From a virus, in the IMG/VR virus record IMGVR_UViG_3300045988_075043, positions 1 through 40,107 of that record: DNA of 40,107 bases; one strand, given 5' to 3'. Position numbers and translations under genes: made by a program. The notes below the pieces were generated by a model that did no database searches, was not told where the DNA came from, and was given only the letters and a program-made list of their open reading frames with translations. Shown piece after piece: positions 1 through 7,463 of the stretch. Within the stretch, counting starts at the first letter, position 1. Each line of letters begins with the position of its first letter.

Positions 1-99
1 GGGTTCGATTCCCGTACGGGTCACCATGCAGAAAAAGCCCTAGAAATCAATTCTAGGGCTTTTTTATTGCTTTATCAGCTATATTCCCACGTTCTCCGA
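1..99. repeat. Terminal direct repeat, copy 1 (tRNA 3' fragment plus terminator plus 34 nt)
   Basis: Exact 99/99 identity with 40009-40107, read directly. Confidence 0.95.
36..65 (+). terminator. Same terminator, copy in the left terminal repeat
   Basis: Identical sequence to 40044-40073. Confidence 0.75.
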
Positions 100-169
100 A
101 CTATTCTGTGGGAAAATATTACTGCAGATTTTAATATTTTTCTGCGTGCGGTACGTTTTTAGGGCTCAA

Positions 170-203
170 ATTTGACACGCCATTTGACACGAAATTTGCC
201 ACG
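170..203. promoter_or_regulatory. Putative integrase arm-type binding sites (P' arm)
   Basis: ATTTGACACG at 170-179 and 182-191, and ATTTGCCACG at 194-203, all in 12-bp phase. The 24-nt block AAATTTGACACGCCATTTGACACG is identical to 39938-39961. Confidence 0.55.
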
Positions 204-204
204 C

Positions 205-451
205 TTACCGCTTGTACATCCCCTGCACCACTCCGACGTTCTCTGCCCGTTCAATATCCCGCTTGTGCAGGTACTCATAGACGGCCATCATGGCCGCAGG
301 CGGTGTGGTTCATTTCCTCCCCGCTCAGCCTGTAAAACAGGTCTGCCAGCTCCGGGTCGTCGTGCTTGTATTCCACGGACAGTTCTGCGTAGGTGTGCGC
401 GTCTTCCAGCTCGTCCTCAATGTGCTACATCAGCAGCTTGATTTCTTTCAT
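205..451 (-). pseudogene. Decayed small helical-protein gene (in-frame TAG plus frameshifting deletion)
   Basis: The ATG at 451 is coupled (ATGA) to the upstream gene. A TAG at 425-427 follows 8 codons. The N-part ...HIEDELEDAHTYAELSVEYKHDDPELADLFYRLSGEEMNH and the C-part PPAAMMAVYEYLHKRDIERAENVGVVQGMYKR* are in different frames, with the junction at about 290-315. Confidence 0.55.
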
Positions 452-798
452 CTGATGCCCTCCTGAATGTACGCATACAGCGTATCAATATCTTGCTTTC
501 CCAGCTTGAGCGTAAGCCCGATTCCGGGGATTTTCACGGGCAGCGCCTCTGTCCCCATGTATGGCTTTGCGGCGTTGTACAGGGCGTCAACATCCACCGT
601 GCCATGCTCCATATCGTAAACGCCCAGCGCCTTTACCATAGGGTGATCTGCGTACTGGGCAATAATCTTCGGGAAATTTGCGGCAAGCAGCCCCCCAGCC
701 CCGGCAACCAGAACTCTGTCCCAGCCGGAAAGACTTGGAGCAATGCTTCTGTCAATGAATCTTGCAAGCCCCGCCTGCACGTTTTCCATAGGAATCAT
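448..798 (-). CDS. Hypothetical protein (116 aa)
   Basis: SD AAGGAGG precedes the ATG at 798. Composition is non-repetitive. No family recognised. Confidence 0.65.
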   Translation of the reverse strand: MIPMENVQAGLARFIDRSIAPSLSGWDRVLVAGAGGLLAANFPKIIAQYADHPMVKALGVYDMEHGTVDVDALYNAAKPYMGTEALPVKIPGIGLTLKLGKQDIDTLYAYIQEGIR

Positions 799-851
799 AA
801 ATTACCTCCTTGAAAGTATGGGGCGGCGGCTGCCGCCCCAATTGTCGGGAA

Positions 852-1469
852 TCAACCGTTGCAGCACCCGCCGCACTTGGGCAGGGGGTTGTACAGCGTC
901 TGTGCCGTGGTGCCGGTTCCGGTGGTCACGTCGGCAACCTGCTTCGGATAGAAGGTCGCGTTGGCGTAGGTCACGATGGAATTGTCAGCGCAGCAACGCC
1001 GCTCTGCCTCGATCTTGATGTCCTTAGACAGCTCAGCCCGAACGCATTCCACGTCCTGACGAACCAGCGCGAAGCTGTCCTCAGTGCGCTGATTGTGTAC
1101 GGCCTGATCGCACAAGGTCTTGCGAATGTCCTTGAGCTGTCCGTCAATGTAAGCGTACAGCTCAATGGATTTCTGGTCGTTGTAGGCGTTTGCCTTCAAC
1201 AGCGCGATTTCGGAATCCTTGGCGGCGAGCTGCTGCTCACGATCCAGTTCATACCGGCTCACGGGCATGTTCTCGCTGCACCCGCCCCAGCCATAGCCAT
1301 AGGGCATGGCGGGTATAACGGGAGCGGTGGGAGCGGGATTGCGGTTGCCGAGAGCCAGAGCGCCCAGGCCGCCCGCAGCATTCATCACGCCCAGCGCCAG
1401 ACCGGCAATACCCGTGCCAAGACCGGCACCGGCTACGCCTTTGCTTGCATAATCCTTTTCTACTTCCAT
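852..1469 (-). CDS. Hypothetical membrane/coiled-coil protein with Cys-rich C-terminus (205 aa)
   Basis: SD GAAGGAGG precedes the start. N-terminal Gly-zipper GVAGAGLGTGIAGLALGV, a central heptad-like region, and a C-terminal ...PKCGGCCNG. Confidence 0.65.
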   Translation of the reverse strand: MEVEKDYASKGVAGAGLGTGIAGLALGVMNAAGGLGALALGNRNPAPTAPVIPAMPYGYGWGGCSENMPVSRYELDREQQLAAKDSEIALLKANAYNDQKSIELYAYIDGQLKDIRKTLCDQAVHNQRTEDSFALVRQDVECVRAELSKDIKIEAERRCCADNSIVTYANATFYPKQVADVTTGTGTTAQTLYNPLPKCGGCCNG

Positions 1470-1524
1470 TAGAAGTCCTCCTTCAAAATATTAGGAGGTG
1501 GCCACCTTCTGTCATTATAATAAC

Positions 1525-1566
1525 AAAAAACCAGGCGAACGAATCATCATCGTTTCGCCTGGTTTT
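1525..1566 (-). terminator. Bidirectional intrinsic terminator closing the lysis operon
   Basis: A stem of about 11 bp (AACCAGGCGAA.../...TTCGCCTGGTT) is flanked by an A-run on one side and a T-run on the other. Confidence 0.7.
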
Positions 1567-1590
1567 CGTCAGAAAATCGTCAATTTGTGG

Positions 1591-1827
1591 TCAAATAACT
1601 AGGTCATCCGGGAGTGTGGCACTGTACCCCTTGACTGCATCATATTTCTGCTGCAATCTTCGGACAACCCTGGTTATCGTGGCTTGGGACACATGGAGAT
1701 TTTGTGATTGCCATATCTGGCTTTTCCCGGCGGCACGGGTGGTTAGGACATCCATTTCCAGTGGCGTTAGATACGCCAGCCTGTCAAATTCTTTCACAAC
1801 CACCCGGTTTATCCGGGATTTATCCAT
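1591..1827 (-). CDS. Small HTH protein, sigma-70 region-4/LuxR-like (78 aa)
   Basis: LTPLEMDVLTTRAAGKSQIWQSQNLHVSQATITRVVRRLQQKY resembles a region-4 HTH. Confidence 0.55.
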   Translation of the reverse strand: MDKSRINRVVVKEFDRLAYLTPLEMDVLTTRAAGKSQIWQSQNLHVSQATITRVVRRLQQKYDAVKGYSATLPDDLVI

Positions 1828-1835
1828 TTATGGCA

Positions 1836-2093
1836 TCAGTCCTCCTTGGGGGAACTGTAGGTTCTTGCCTGTTTGCTATCAGCGATACCGGCGGTGGTAG
1901 GATCATTGACCACGCCCAGAATCACCAGCAGGGCAAACACGGCGTTCACCACGGCCAGAAGCTTGTCGCCGATCTCCCCCAAATCCAGCGTAAAGCCGAA
2001 CAGGGCGGCCACCGTTTGCACCAACAGAAGCAGCGCAGGAATTGCGGCCATCCAGAAGGCTTTGTTTTTGACACGTACAATCCAGTTAATCAT
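1836..2093 (-). CDS. Holin, phi-LC3-like (85 aa)
   Basis: SD AAGGAGG plus ATG at 2093. MINWIVRVKNKAFWMAAIPALLLLVQTVAALFG... has two TM segments. It lies next to the endolysin. Confidence 0.75.
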   Translation of the reverse strand: MINWIVRVKNKAFWMAAIPALLLLVQTVAALFGFTLDLGEIGDKLLAVVNAVFALLVILGVVNDPTTAGIADSKQARTYSSPKED

Positions 2094-2113
2094 TTTGTTT
2101 TCCTCCTTAAAAA

Positions 2114-2419
2114 TCAGCCCAGCCCAAGCCGGGCAAGAATAAACCCTACGACAGCGGCTACGACGATGTATATGACCTTTTCTACAAGCGACTTCCACCG
2201 CTTGCCGGGTTCGGATTTCAGCTCCTGCACGTCCGTGCAGAGGCCATCAACCTTCTCCCCGGTAACTTCCACCTTCTCCGCCATCACCGCAACAGACGTT
2301 GCCAGCGTGTTCACCGCTTCCGTGTGCCGTTCCAGCGCGTCCAGACGGTGGGAGTTGGATTTGCTCCGCTGTTCTACCGCAGAAAGCCGCCCAGCGATTT
2401 CAGTTTCTTCCATTGGCAT
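2114..2419 (-). CDS. xhlA: XhlA-like lysis-associated membrane protein (101 aa)
   Basis: Coiled-coil N-terminus plus a single C-terminal TM (IYIVVAAVVGFILARLGLG). It sits between the endolysin and the holin. Confidence 0.6.
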   Translation of the reverse strand: MPMEETEIAGRLSAVEQRSKSNSHRLDALERHTEAVNTLATSVAVMAEKVEVTGEKVDGLCTDVQELKSEPGKRWKSLVEKVIYIVVAAVVGFILARLGLG

Positions 2420-2428
2420 ACTCCTCTC

Positions 2429-3043
2429 TTAGCCGTTCCACCGGCTGTACTTCCCGTTGTCCTCGTGAATGCCCCAGCTGTACAGCCCCAGACCGCCCCG
2501 CCCGGGGATTTTCTCGGCCTGCACCTCCTGCGCTATGGCATACAGCTTCTCCGGGGAGATCGCCCCTGAGAGGTCTACGGCCTGTCCCGTGGTGTGCAGG
2601 GAGTTGGATACTCCGCCCACCTCGGCATTGTGCCGCTTGCACCGCACACCGGAATTCACGTTCAGGGGCACTCCCGCCCGGCGGCGTATCTCATCGGCCA
2701 TGCGGACGGTTTCCTCTGCGGGTTCTGCAGGGAAGCCGTTGCAGTATTTCCCGCCGCACTGGCACCGGAACTCCTCACGAGTGAAGTACCGGATATCGTC
2801 CCAGAACGTCCCCGTTTTCGGCGCGTCGCTGCTTTCCGGCTTCTCTACCTTTACCGCCGTCCCGGCAATGGCACCAATCAGCATTTTCTGGGTGGCCGCA
2901 CCCGGTATCCCGTCCACGGTAAGCCCGTAGTCGGCCTGAAACGCCCGAATCGCCCCTTGGGTATTCCTGCCGTCAGCTCCATCGATTGCGCCGGGAGAAT
3001 AGCCCAGATAAGTCAACAGGCATTGAATTTGCTTTACCGTCAT
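2429..3043 (-). CDS. Endolysin: PG_binding_1 domain plus M15-type zinc peptidase
   Basis: LGYSPGAIDGADGRNTQGAIRAFQADYGLTVDGIPG, then FTREEFRCQCGG...SGVRCKRHNAEVGGVSNSLHTTGQAVDL. The start was moved to MTVKQ, which has an SD. Confidence 0.85.
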   Translation of the reverse strand: MTVKQIQCLLTYLGYSPGAIDGADGRNTQGAIRAFQADYGLTVDGIPGAATQKMLIGAIAGTAVKVEKPESSDAPKTGTFWDDIRYFTREEFRCQCGGKYCNGFPAEPAEETVRMADEIRRRAGVPLNVNSGVRCKRHNAEVGGVSNSLHTTGQAVDLSGAISPEKLYAIAQEVQAEKIPGRGGLGLYSWGIHEDNGKYSRWNG

Positions 3044-3489
3044 ACGTTCACCTCTTCCCAGCCCTGAGGGTATGCGGACGGCGACCATACATTATTGTCC
3101 AACGTGGAGCGATACACTTTACTGCCCTCCGTGCAGCAGTCGCCCTTATTGTAGGGGCTGGTAGCCATAGCGACGAACGGCAACGCTTTCGCTGGGTCTG
3201 TGCTCCAAGCAAACCCCCACTGCGCTGGAAGTTCCTCTGGCTCCTGAGTGTAGATAGTGCTGTCATAGGGCTGCACAAGCCGCACCACACGGCCAGCAGA
3301 CGATTGACACACAAACCCGGCCTTGCGCTCCAGCATGTTTTTGTTTGCGACAGCAGCCTTGAAACTGGGAATGTCGCTATCCGTCGCGTTCAGTTCGGTG
3401 CCTGTCATGTCCGGGGCTTTCTCCTGCAAGGCGAGCGCGTTCGCCCGTCCCTGAGCATACATGATGCTTTTTCTTTCTTCCTGGGTCAC
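3040..3489 (-). CDS. Hypothetical protein with CBM5/12-like C-terminus (149 aa)
   Basis: YNKGDCCTEGSKVYRSTLDNNVWSPSAYPQGWEEV fits the aromatic pattern of small carbohydrate-binding modules. GTG start. Confidence 0.55.
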   Translation of the reverse strand: MTQEERKSIMYAQGRANALALQEKAPDMTGTELNATDSDIPSFKAAVANKNMLERKAGFVCQSSAGRVVRLVQPYDSTIYTQEPEELPAQWGFAWSTDPAKALPFVAMATSPYNKGDCCTEGSKVYRSTLDNNVWSPSAYPQGWEEVNV

Positions 3490-3611
3490 AGACTGTCAAC
3501 CCCTTTCTTATAAGCTTCATCCAGCTCTTTCAGCTGTTCCTCACCACCGCTGGCTTTTATCTCCCTAATTTTTGCAAGGATAGCGTTTTTACGCTCTTCG
3601 ATGGTCATCAT
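3486..3611 (-). CDS. Small hypothetical protein (41 aa)
   Basis: MMTIEERKNAILAKIREIKASGGEEQLKELDEAYKKGVDSL. Coupled overlaps (ATGATGA upstream, GTGA downstream). Confidence 0.45.
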   Translation of the reverse strand: MMTIEERKNAILAKIREIKASGGEEQLKELDEAYKKGVDSL

Positions 3612-3934
3612 GCGTTATTCACCCCCAGAGCAACTTCGATTTCAGTCAACGCAGATTCATATTCGGCATTCTGAGCAACAACCGTCTGGTATTGCTCCCG
3701 CTCATACTCCCGCTGGGCGGCGTCTAACTCTGCCCACGGCTTCCACGGGGCAATCATCTCACCGGTGAACACCACGCCATCGGCACGCGTCCACGTCTGG
3801 CCCGCTGGGATGAAGCGATAGCCCTGAATATAAATATTGCACTTATCGTCGAAGGCATCCGTTTCAATCTGCGTCAGCCCCTCAGCGGTGGAGGTGTGGC
3901 ACTTAAAGCTGGAATCTATGTAAATCGTTTTCAT
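3608..3934 (-). CDS. Hypothetical protein (108 aa), fibre/lysis junction
   Basis: SD TAGGAGG plus ATG. Clean composition. No family recognised. Confidence 0.65.
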   Translation of the reverse strand: MKTIYIDSSFKCHTSTAEGLTQIETDAFDDKCNIYIQGYRFIPAGQTWTRADGVVFTGEMIAPWKPWAELDAAQREYEREQYQTVVAQNAEYESALTEIEVALGVNNA

Positions 3935-3945
3935 GAGCCATCCTC

Positions 3946-4824
3946 CTATTTCATCAATTTTATTTCCGTCGCGGTGTACGTAATCGTCAAATACGCGGTA
4001 TGGTTACCGCCAAAACCGATACTGTGGAGCCCGGACAGGGCAGATATGTCAACCGTTACCGTGGTTAGATCGGTACCGATTGCTGTCGAAGCAACTACGG
4101 ACGAACCACTGTACACCTCCAATTTTGTATCGGAGCCGCCCGACGCTTTGCACGTCGCTTGAAGCGTGCTATACTCTGTCAGGTCAATTTGGCCTTTTGT
4201 ACGTGCAGAAATGAGTCTGTTGTTGTTGAAGTTATTTACCGACTTAACCGTCAATTCTGCTTCTGCAGTTACAGCGCTGTTCGCAGGCATTTCCCACTCA
4301 CCGGCTATAATGTCGCTCGGGGCATTTGGTTTGAACAGGAACAACGCATAGCTCAGCTCCACAGAGGTGCTCTGACCATCCGTGGTGATAGTTACGGCCT
4401 TGCTGTCGGTCTCCGTCCCGCTTGTGGAGGTCACCGTCCACGTCCCGGCGTTCGGCACAATGCAAGCCCATGTACCGCTAGTATCAGGGGCGGATAGAGT
4501 CGTTGTGCCGTCAGAGCAAGTGCATGTCGAACCAGCGGGATAGGTGATGTTGATGGTGGCCGCGAAAAACGCAATCACGGTTGAATAATCGGTTGTGACC
4601 ACAACATTCTTTTGGGCGGTCTTGCCGTCACTGGTGATGGTAACAGTCCACGTCCCGGTTGCAAGTCCCTTGAAGACCACCACGCCGCTCGTGCCGGAGT
4701 TTTTGGTCTTCGTCTTGCCGTCCTTGGAAACAGTCACAGTGACGTTCGCCGGGGCTGTGACGGTAAGGGTGCCGCCTGCACCGCCGCTGGCACCAAATCC
4801 ATATAAAGGCACTGCAATGCTCAT
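3946..4824 (-). CDS. Putative receptor-binding/tail fibre protein, beta-rich with duplicated Ig-like units (292 aa)
   Basis: Thr/Gly/Val-rich with repeated GTWTVT(I/S)TS motifs. It follows the fibre gene and is translationally coupled to it. Confidence 0.55.
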   Translation of the reverse strand: MSIAVPLYGFGASGGAGGTLTVTAPANVTVTVSKDGKTKTKNSGTSGVVVFKGLATGTWTVTITSDGKTAQKNVVVTTDYSTVIAFFAATINITYPAGSTCTCSDGTTTLSAPDTSGTWACIVPNAGTWTVTSTSGTETDSKAVTITTDGQSTSVELSYALFLFKPNAPSDIIAGEWEMPANSAVTAEAELTVKSVNNFNNNRLISARTKGQIDLTEYSTLQATCKASGGSDTKLEVYSGSSVVASTAIGTDLTTVTVDISALSGLHSIGFGGNHTAYLTITYTATEIKLMK

Positions 4825-5417
4825 ACGTACACCTCCACCGTGATCGGAATGTTCACCGTGGGCTTGTCCTCAAGGCAGGTAAACGTCAGCACGCCGCCTG
4901 ACCGGGAAGCGAAGCTCACCATCCCGCACGCCTCTTTCAGCGCGACATTGGTAGACGTGTCGCTTCCATACGCCGGATAGGCCATAGCTTTCTTTGCGTC
5001 CGTCAGGCCTGTGATGGTCACAGACTGGACATACGGAGCACTGCCAGCCCACCCGGCAACGGTCAGTGTTGCGGAGACGGAAACCGTCTTTACGCCGTTC
5101 AGAGCCGTGTCCACGTAGCCCTTGTTCGCCGCATCGGCATTGCCCGACGGCACACCCAGCCCCGTGACCTTGTTCCCGCTCATGGCGATATTCCCGGTCA
5201 TGGTGCCGCCCGTTCTGTCCAGAAGGCCGTCGGTACTGACGACATAGTCGTTGATGGCAGGAACGACCTTTTCGTTTATGAACTTCTTGATGGCGATTCC
5301 CGCCTCGTCGAACTTTGCCTTGAATCCCGCCTCGGTGAGGCCGTCATCCACATTGGGGCGCCTGCCCAGCTTCTGAATGACCTCCATATCGGCGGTCAGT
5401 TCCGGTATCTTTGCCAT
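4821..5417 (-). CDS. Tail fibre protein (198 aa)
   Basis: GGTMTGNIAMSGNKVTGLGVPSGNADAANKGYVD is a classic fibre N-terminal motif. Confidence 0.7.
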   Translation of the reverse strand: MAKIPELTADMEVIQKLGRRPNVDDGLTEAGFKAKFDEAGIAIKKFINEKVVPAINDYVVSTDGLLDRTGGTMTGNIAMSGNKVTGLGVPSGNADAANKGYVDTALNGVKTVSVSATLTVAGWAGSAPYVQSVTITGLTDAKKAMAYPAYGSDTSTNVALKEACGMVSFASRSGGVLTFTCLEDKPTVNIPITVEVYV

Positions 5418-7121
5418 TTATGCTCCCTCCCTGTTCAGCGCCCTTTGCAGCGCTCCGTTTCCGCCGCCGCCATTGACGGGCATATCCTCCGATGTGGTCT
5501 GGACGCTCATTCCCGTTCCCGGATTCCCGGAGGGAGCGCCGGCCATGGCCGCCGCTTCAAAATCGTCCAGAAGCTCCTGCTTCTTGGTGATATAGCCGTT
5601 GGGGAGCCGTTCAATGTACTGCTTCGGCGTGATCAGATGGTTCATGAGAAGATTGTCCAGCGTCTGCATGGAGGCCATTTCCGACCAGTAGGAACAGGCG
5701 CCAACGTCCTGCTTGATGGCCATTTGCAGCTCCTTCAGAACGCTGAAATCGAACGGCCGCATAAAGGTCTGCTTGGGCAGCTGCATTCCCAGGGGCTGCT
5801 CACCGGGCTTGTCCATGTCCAGGGAAGTCTCCACCATACGGGTGCCGTACTTCGCCGCCATCATGTCAAGCCAGATTCTTCCCGCTTCCTCCATGCACTG
5901 GTAGTCGTTCTGCTTGGTCAGCTCCATGGGGGTGTTGGCCGCCCGCTGCAAGGCGATAATCGCACTTGTGGTCTCAATCCGGGAGTCGCCCATGGCCACG
6001 TCAGACGCGCCCAGCAGAGAGTGGGTCTTGTCAAAGCTCAGCTCGATAAACTGGGCAATCTGGGGGCTGACGGACGCGCCGTCGATGATCTTTGCCACAT
6101 TGGTCACGTCTCCGGAAATGCCGATGGCCGTTCCCACGCTGCCGTCCCAGCGCTTGATCTTGTTTCGGTCATAGACCACCTTTGGGAACGCCGTGGTCAG
6201 AAGGGAGATGCCCACAAGGGCGAACATCTTGTTGATAAACTTCTGGTTGGGCAGCATTCCGGTGACCAGCGCCTGACCGTGGTAGCAGTCCCGGATATAG
6301 TCCCAGTTAATCCAGATCAGCGGATACAGGCTGTAGCCGGTGTCATAGGCCTTCCGAAGAATGCCCTTCTCCGTGCTTTCCACGCACCAGATGGTGCGGG
6401 TGTCCCGGTTCCGGAAATAGTAGGTCAGCACCGTCACCTTGTCGTCGGTGTAGCTGTCGTATTTGTTCTGGAACTTATCGGAATCCGCCGTAATGCTGTC
6501 CGGGTCGTCGATGCCGCACTGCCCGGCCTTTTTCAGCTCCTCCGCCCGCCATTGGACGTCCTCCACCAGCTCCCGGCGCACAAGGACGATCCAGGGCTGA
6601 CGCTGGACATCCCGGCAATTGGGGTTGCCGAACAGAACCCGGAGGTTGTCCACAATCTCCGCCACGATCTCTCCCTTGACATCCTGGCCGTTTTCAATGG
6701 TGGGGTCAAAGTAGAAGTGCATACAGCCGTCGCCGGTAACGGCGGCGTTGCGCAGAAACTCCCGGTTTTTGGCCACGATCCGGTTGCGCTCGATAATGGC
6801 GGCAAACTGGTGGTTGATGATCTCGGCGAAGCCTTCCAGCTCTCTCTGGGTATACCGGGAGGTGGAGGGCATGGGCGTCACCTGAATGGTCATGTTGTCC
6901 GAGGTAATGGTGGACACCTGAAAGTTGATGATCCGCTTGAACATGTTGTAGGTGGGGGTAGGCAGGCCGTTGCTCTCCACGCCCTCCCATTGATTTCCTA
7001 TGAAGAAATCCTCGTTGACCTTCACCGTGTCATACAGACCGATCTGCTGGTTGAAGCCGTAGGCCTTTTCGTAGCGCTTCTGGATTTCCTCATTGGTGGG
7101 AATCTTCTGTTTTCCGCTCAT
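5418..7121 (-). CDS. Portal protein (567 aa), P22-portal-like N-terminal pattern
   Basis: Supported by size, by position beside the capsid genes, and by NEDFFIGNQWEG...FKRIINFQVSTITSDNMTIQVTP, which resembles the P22 gp1 N-terminal region. Confidence 0.65.
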   Translation of the reverse strand: MSGKQKIPTNEEIQKRYEKAYGFNQQIGLYDTVKVNEDFFIGNQWEGVESNGLPTPTYNMFKRIINFQVSTITSDNMTIQVTPMPSTSRYTQRELEGFAEIINHQFAAIIERNRIVAKNREFLRNAAVTGDGCMHFYFDPTIENGQDVKGEIVAEIVDNLRVLFGNPNCRDVQRQPWIVLVRRELVEDVQWRAEELKKAGQCGIDDPDSITADSDKFQNKYDSYTDDKVTVLTYYFRNRDTRTIWCVESTEKGILRKAYDTGYSLYPLIWINWDYIRDCYHGQALVTGMLPNQKFINKMFALVGISLLTTAFPKVVYDRNKIKRWDGSVGTAIGISGDVTNVAKIIDGASVSPQIAQFIELSFDKTHSLLGASDVAMGDSRIETTSAIIALQRAANTPMELTKQNDYQCMEEAGRIWLDMMAAKYGTRMVETSLDMDKPGEQPLGMQLPKQTFMRPFDFSVLKELQMAIKQDVGACSYWSEMASMQTLDNLLMNHLITPKQYIERLPNGYITKKQELLDDFEAAAMAGAPSGNPGTGMSVQTTSEDMPVNGGGGNGALQRALNREGA

Positions 7122-7417
7122 TATTCGGCTTCACCGCCCATCCGCTCGGCCTGACGGCTTTTCTTCGCCGCCTCCAGGGGGTCAAAGCCCAGAATCCCGG
7201 AAATGCCCAGGTTAAAATCATTCACGGACTTGACCGCCTCCTTTGCCGCCTCATAGTCCGGGACAAGCCCCTGCTCCAGAACGCCGACCCGGTCGCTCAG
7301 CTTTCGGAGGCTTTCGGCTTCCTCCCGGCAGTGCGCCCGTCTGCGCCGGTCGGAGACAACGACCGCGCCCAGAACGAGGCAGGCCACGAGAATATTCAGA
7401 ATCATGAGAATTTGCAT
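7121..7417 (-). CDS. Small membrane-anchored protein (98 aa)
   Basis: SD AAGGAGG. N-terminal TM ILMILNILVACLVLGAVVV. Confidence 0.6.
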   Translation of the reverse strand: MQILMILNILVACLVLGAVVVSDRRRRAHCREEAESLRKLSDRVGVLEQGLVPDYEAAKEAVKSVNDFNLGISGILGFDPLEAAKKSRQAERMGGEAE

Positions 7418-7463
7418 TGTGTCCTCCTTACTGGGGAAGGGGCGGTTGCCCGCCCCTCATAAA

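Noticed and set aside
425-427. In-frame TAG as evidence for stop-codon recoding
   Set aside because: TAG is used as a genuine stop elsewhere (terS, the ToxN-like gene). The two phage tRNAs are Ser-GCU and Ile-GAU, not suppressors. The same gene also carries a frameshifting deletion. A pseudogene is the simpler reading.
172-441. 89-aa + strand ORF next to att
   Set aside because: Arg/Pro-rich, with no SD. The opposite strand carries recognisable, though decayed, coding sequence.
3946-4824. Diversity-generating retroelement target in the fibre gene (internal repeats)
   Set aside because: The repeats are in-frame domain duplications (GTWTVT...). There is no reverse transcriptase and no template repeat elsewhere in the genome.
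5445-7154. 569-aa ORF on the + strand
   Set aside because: It is exactly antisense to the portal gene. Its composition is Gly/Leu/His/Arg/Val-rich low complexity, with no SD. This is a typical shadow ORF of a GC-rich coding region.
7438-7457. GC-rich hairpins after the capsid gene (and at 820-839, 27379-27396) as terminators
   Set aside because: The stems are perfect, but no U-tract follows on the transcribed strand. They are more likely mRNA-stabilising or processing structures, so they were not called terminators.
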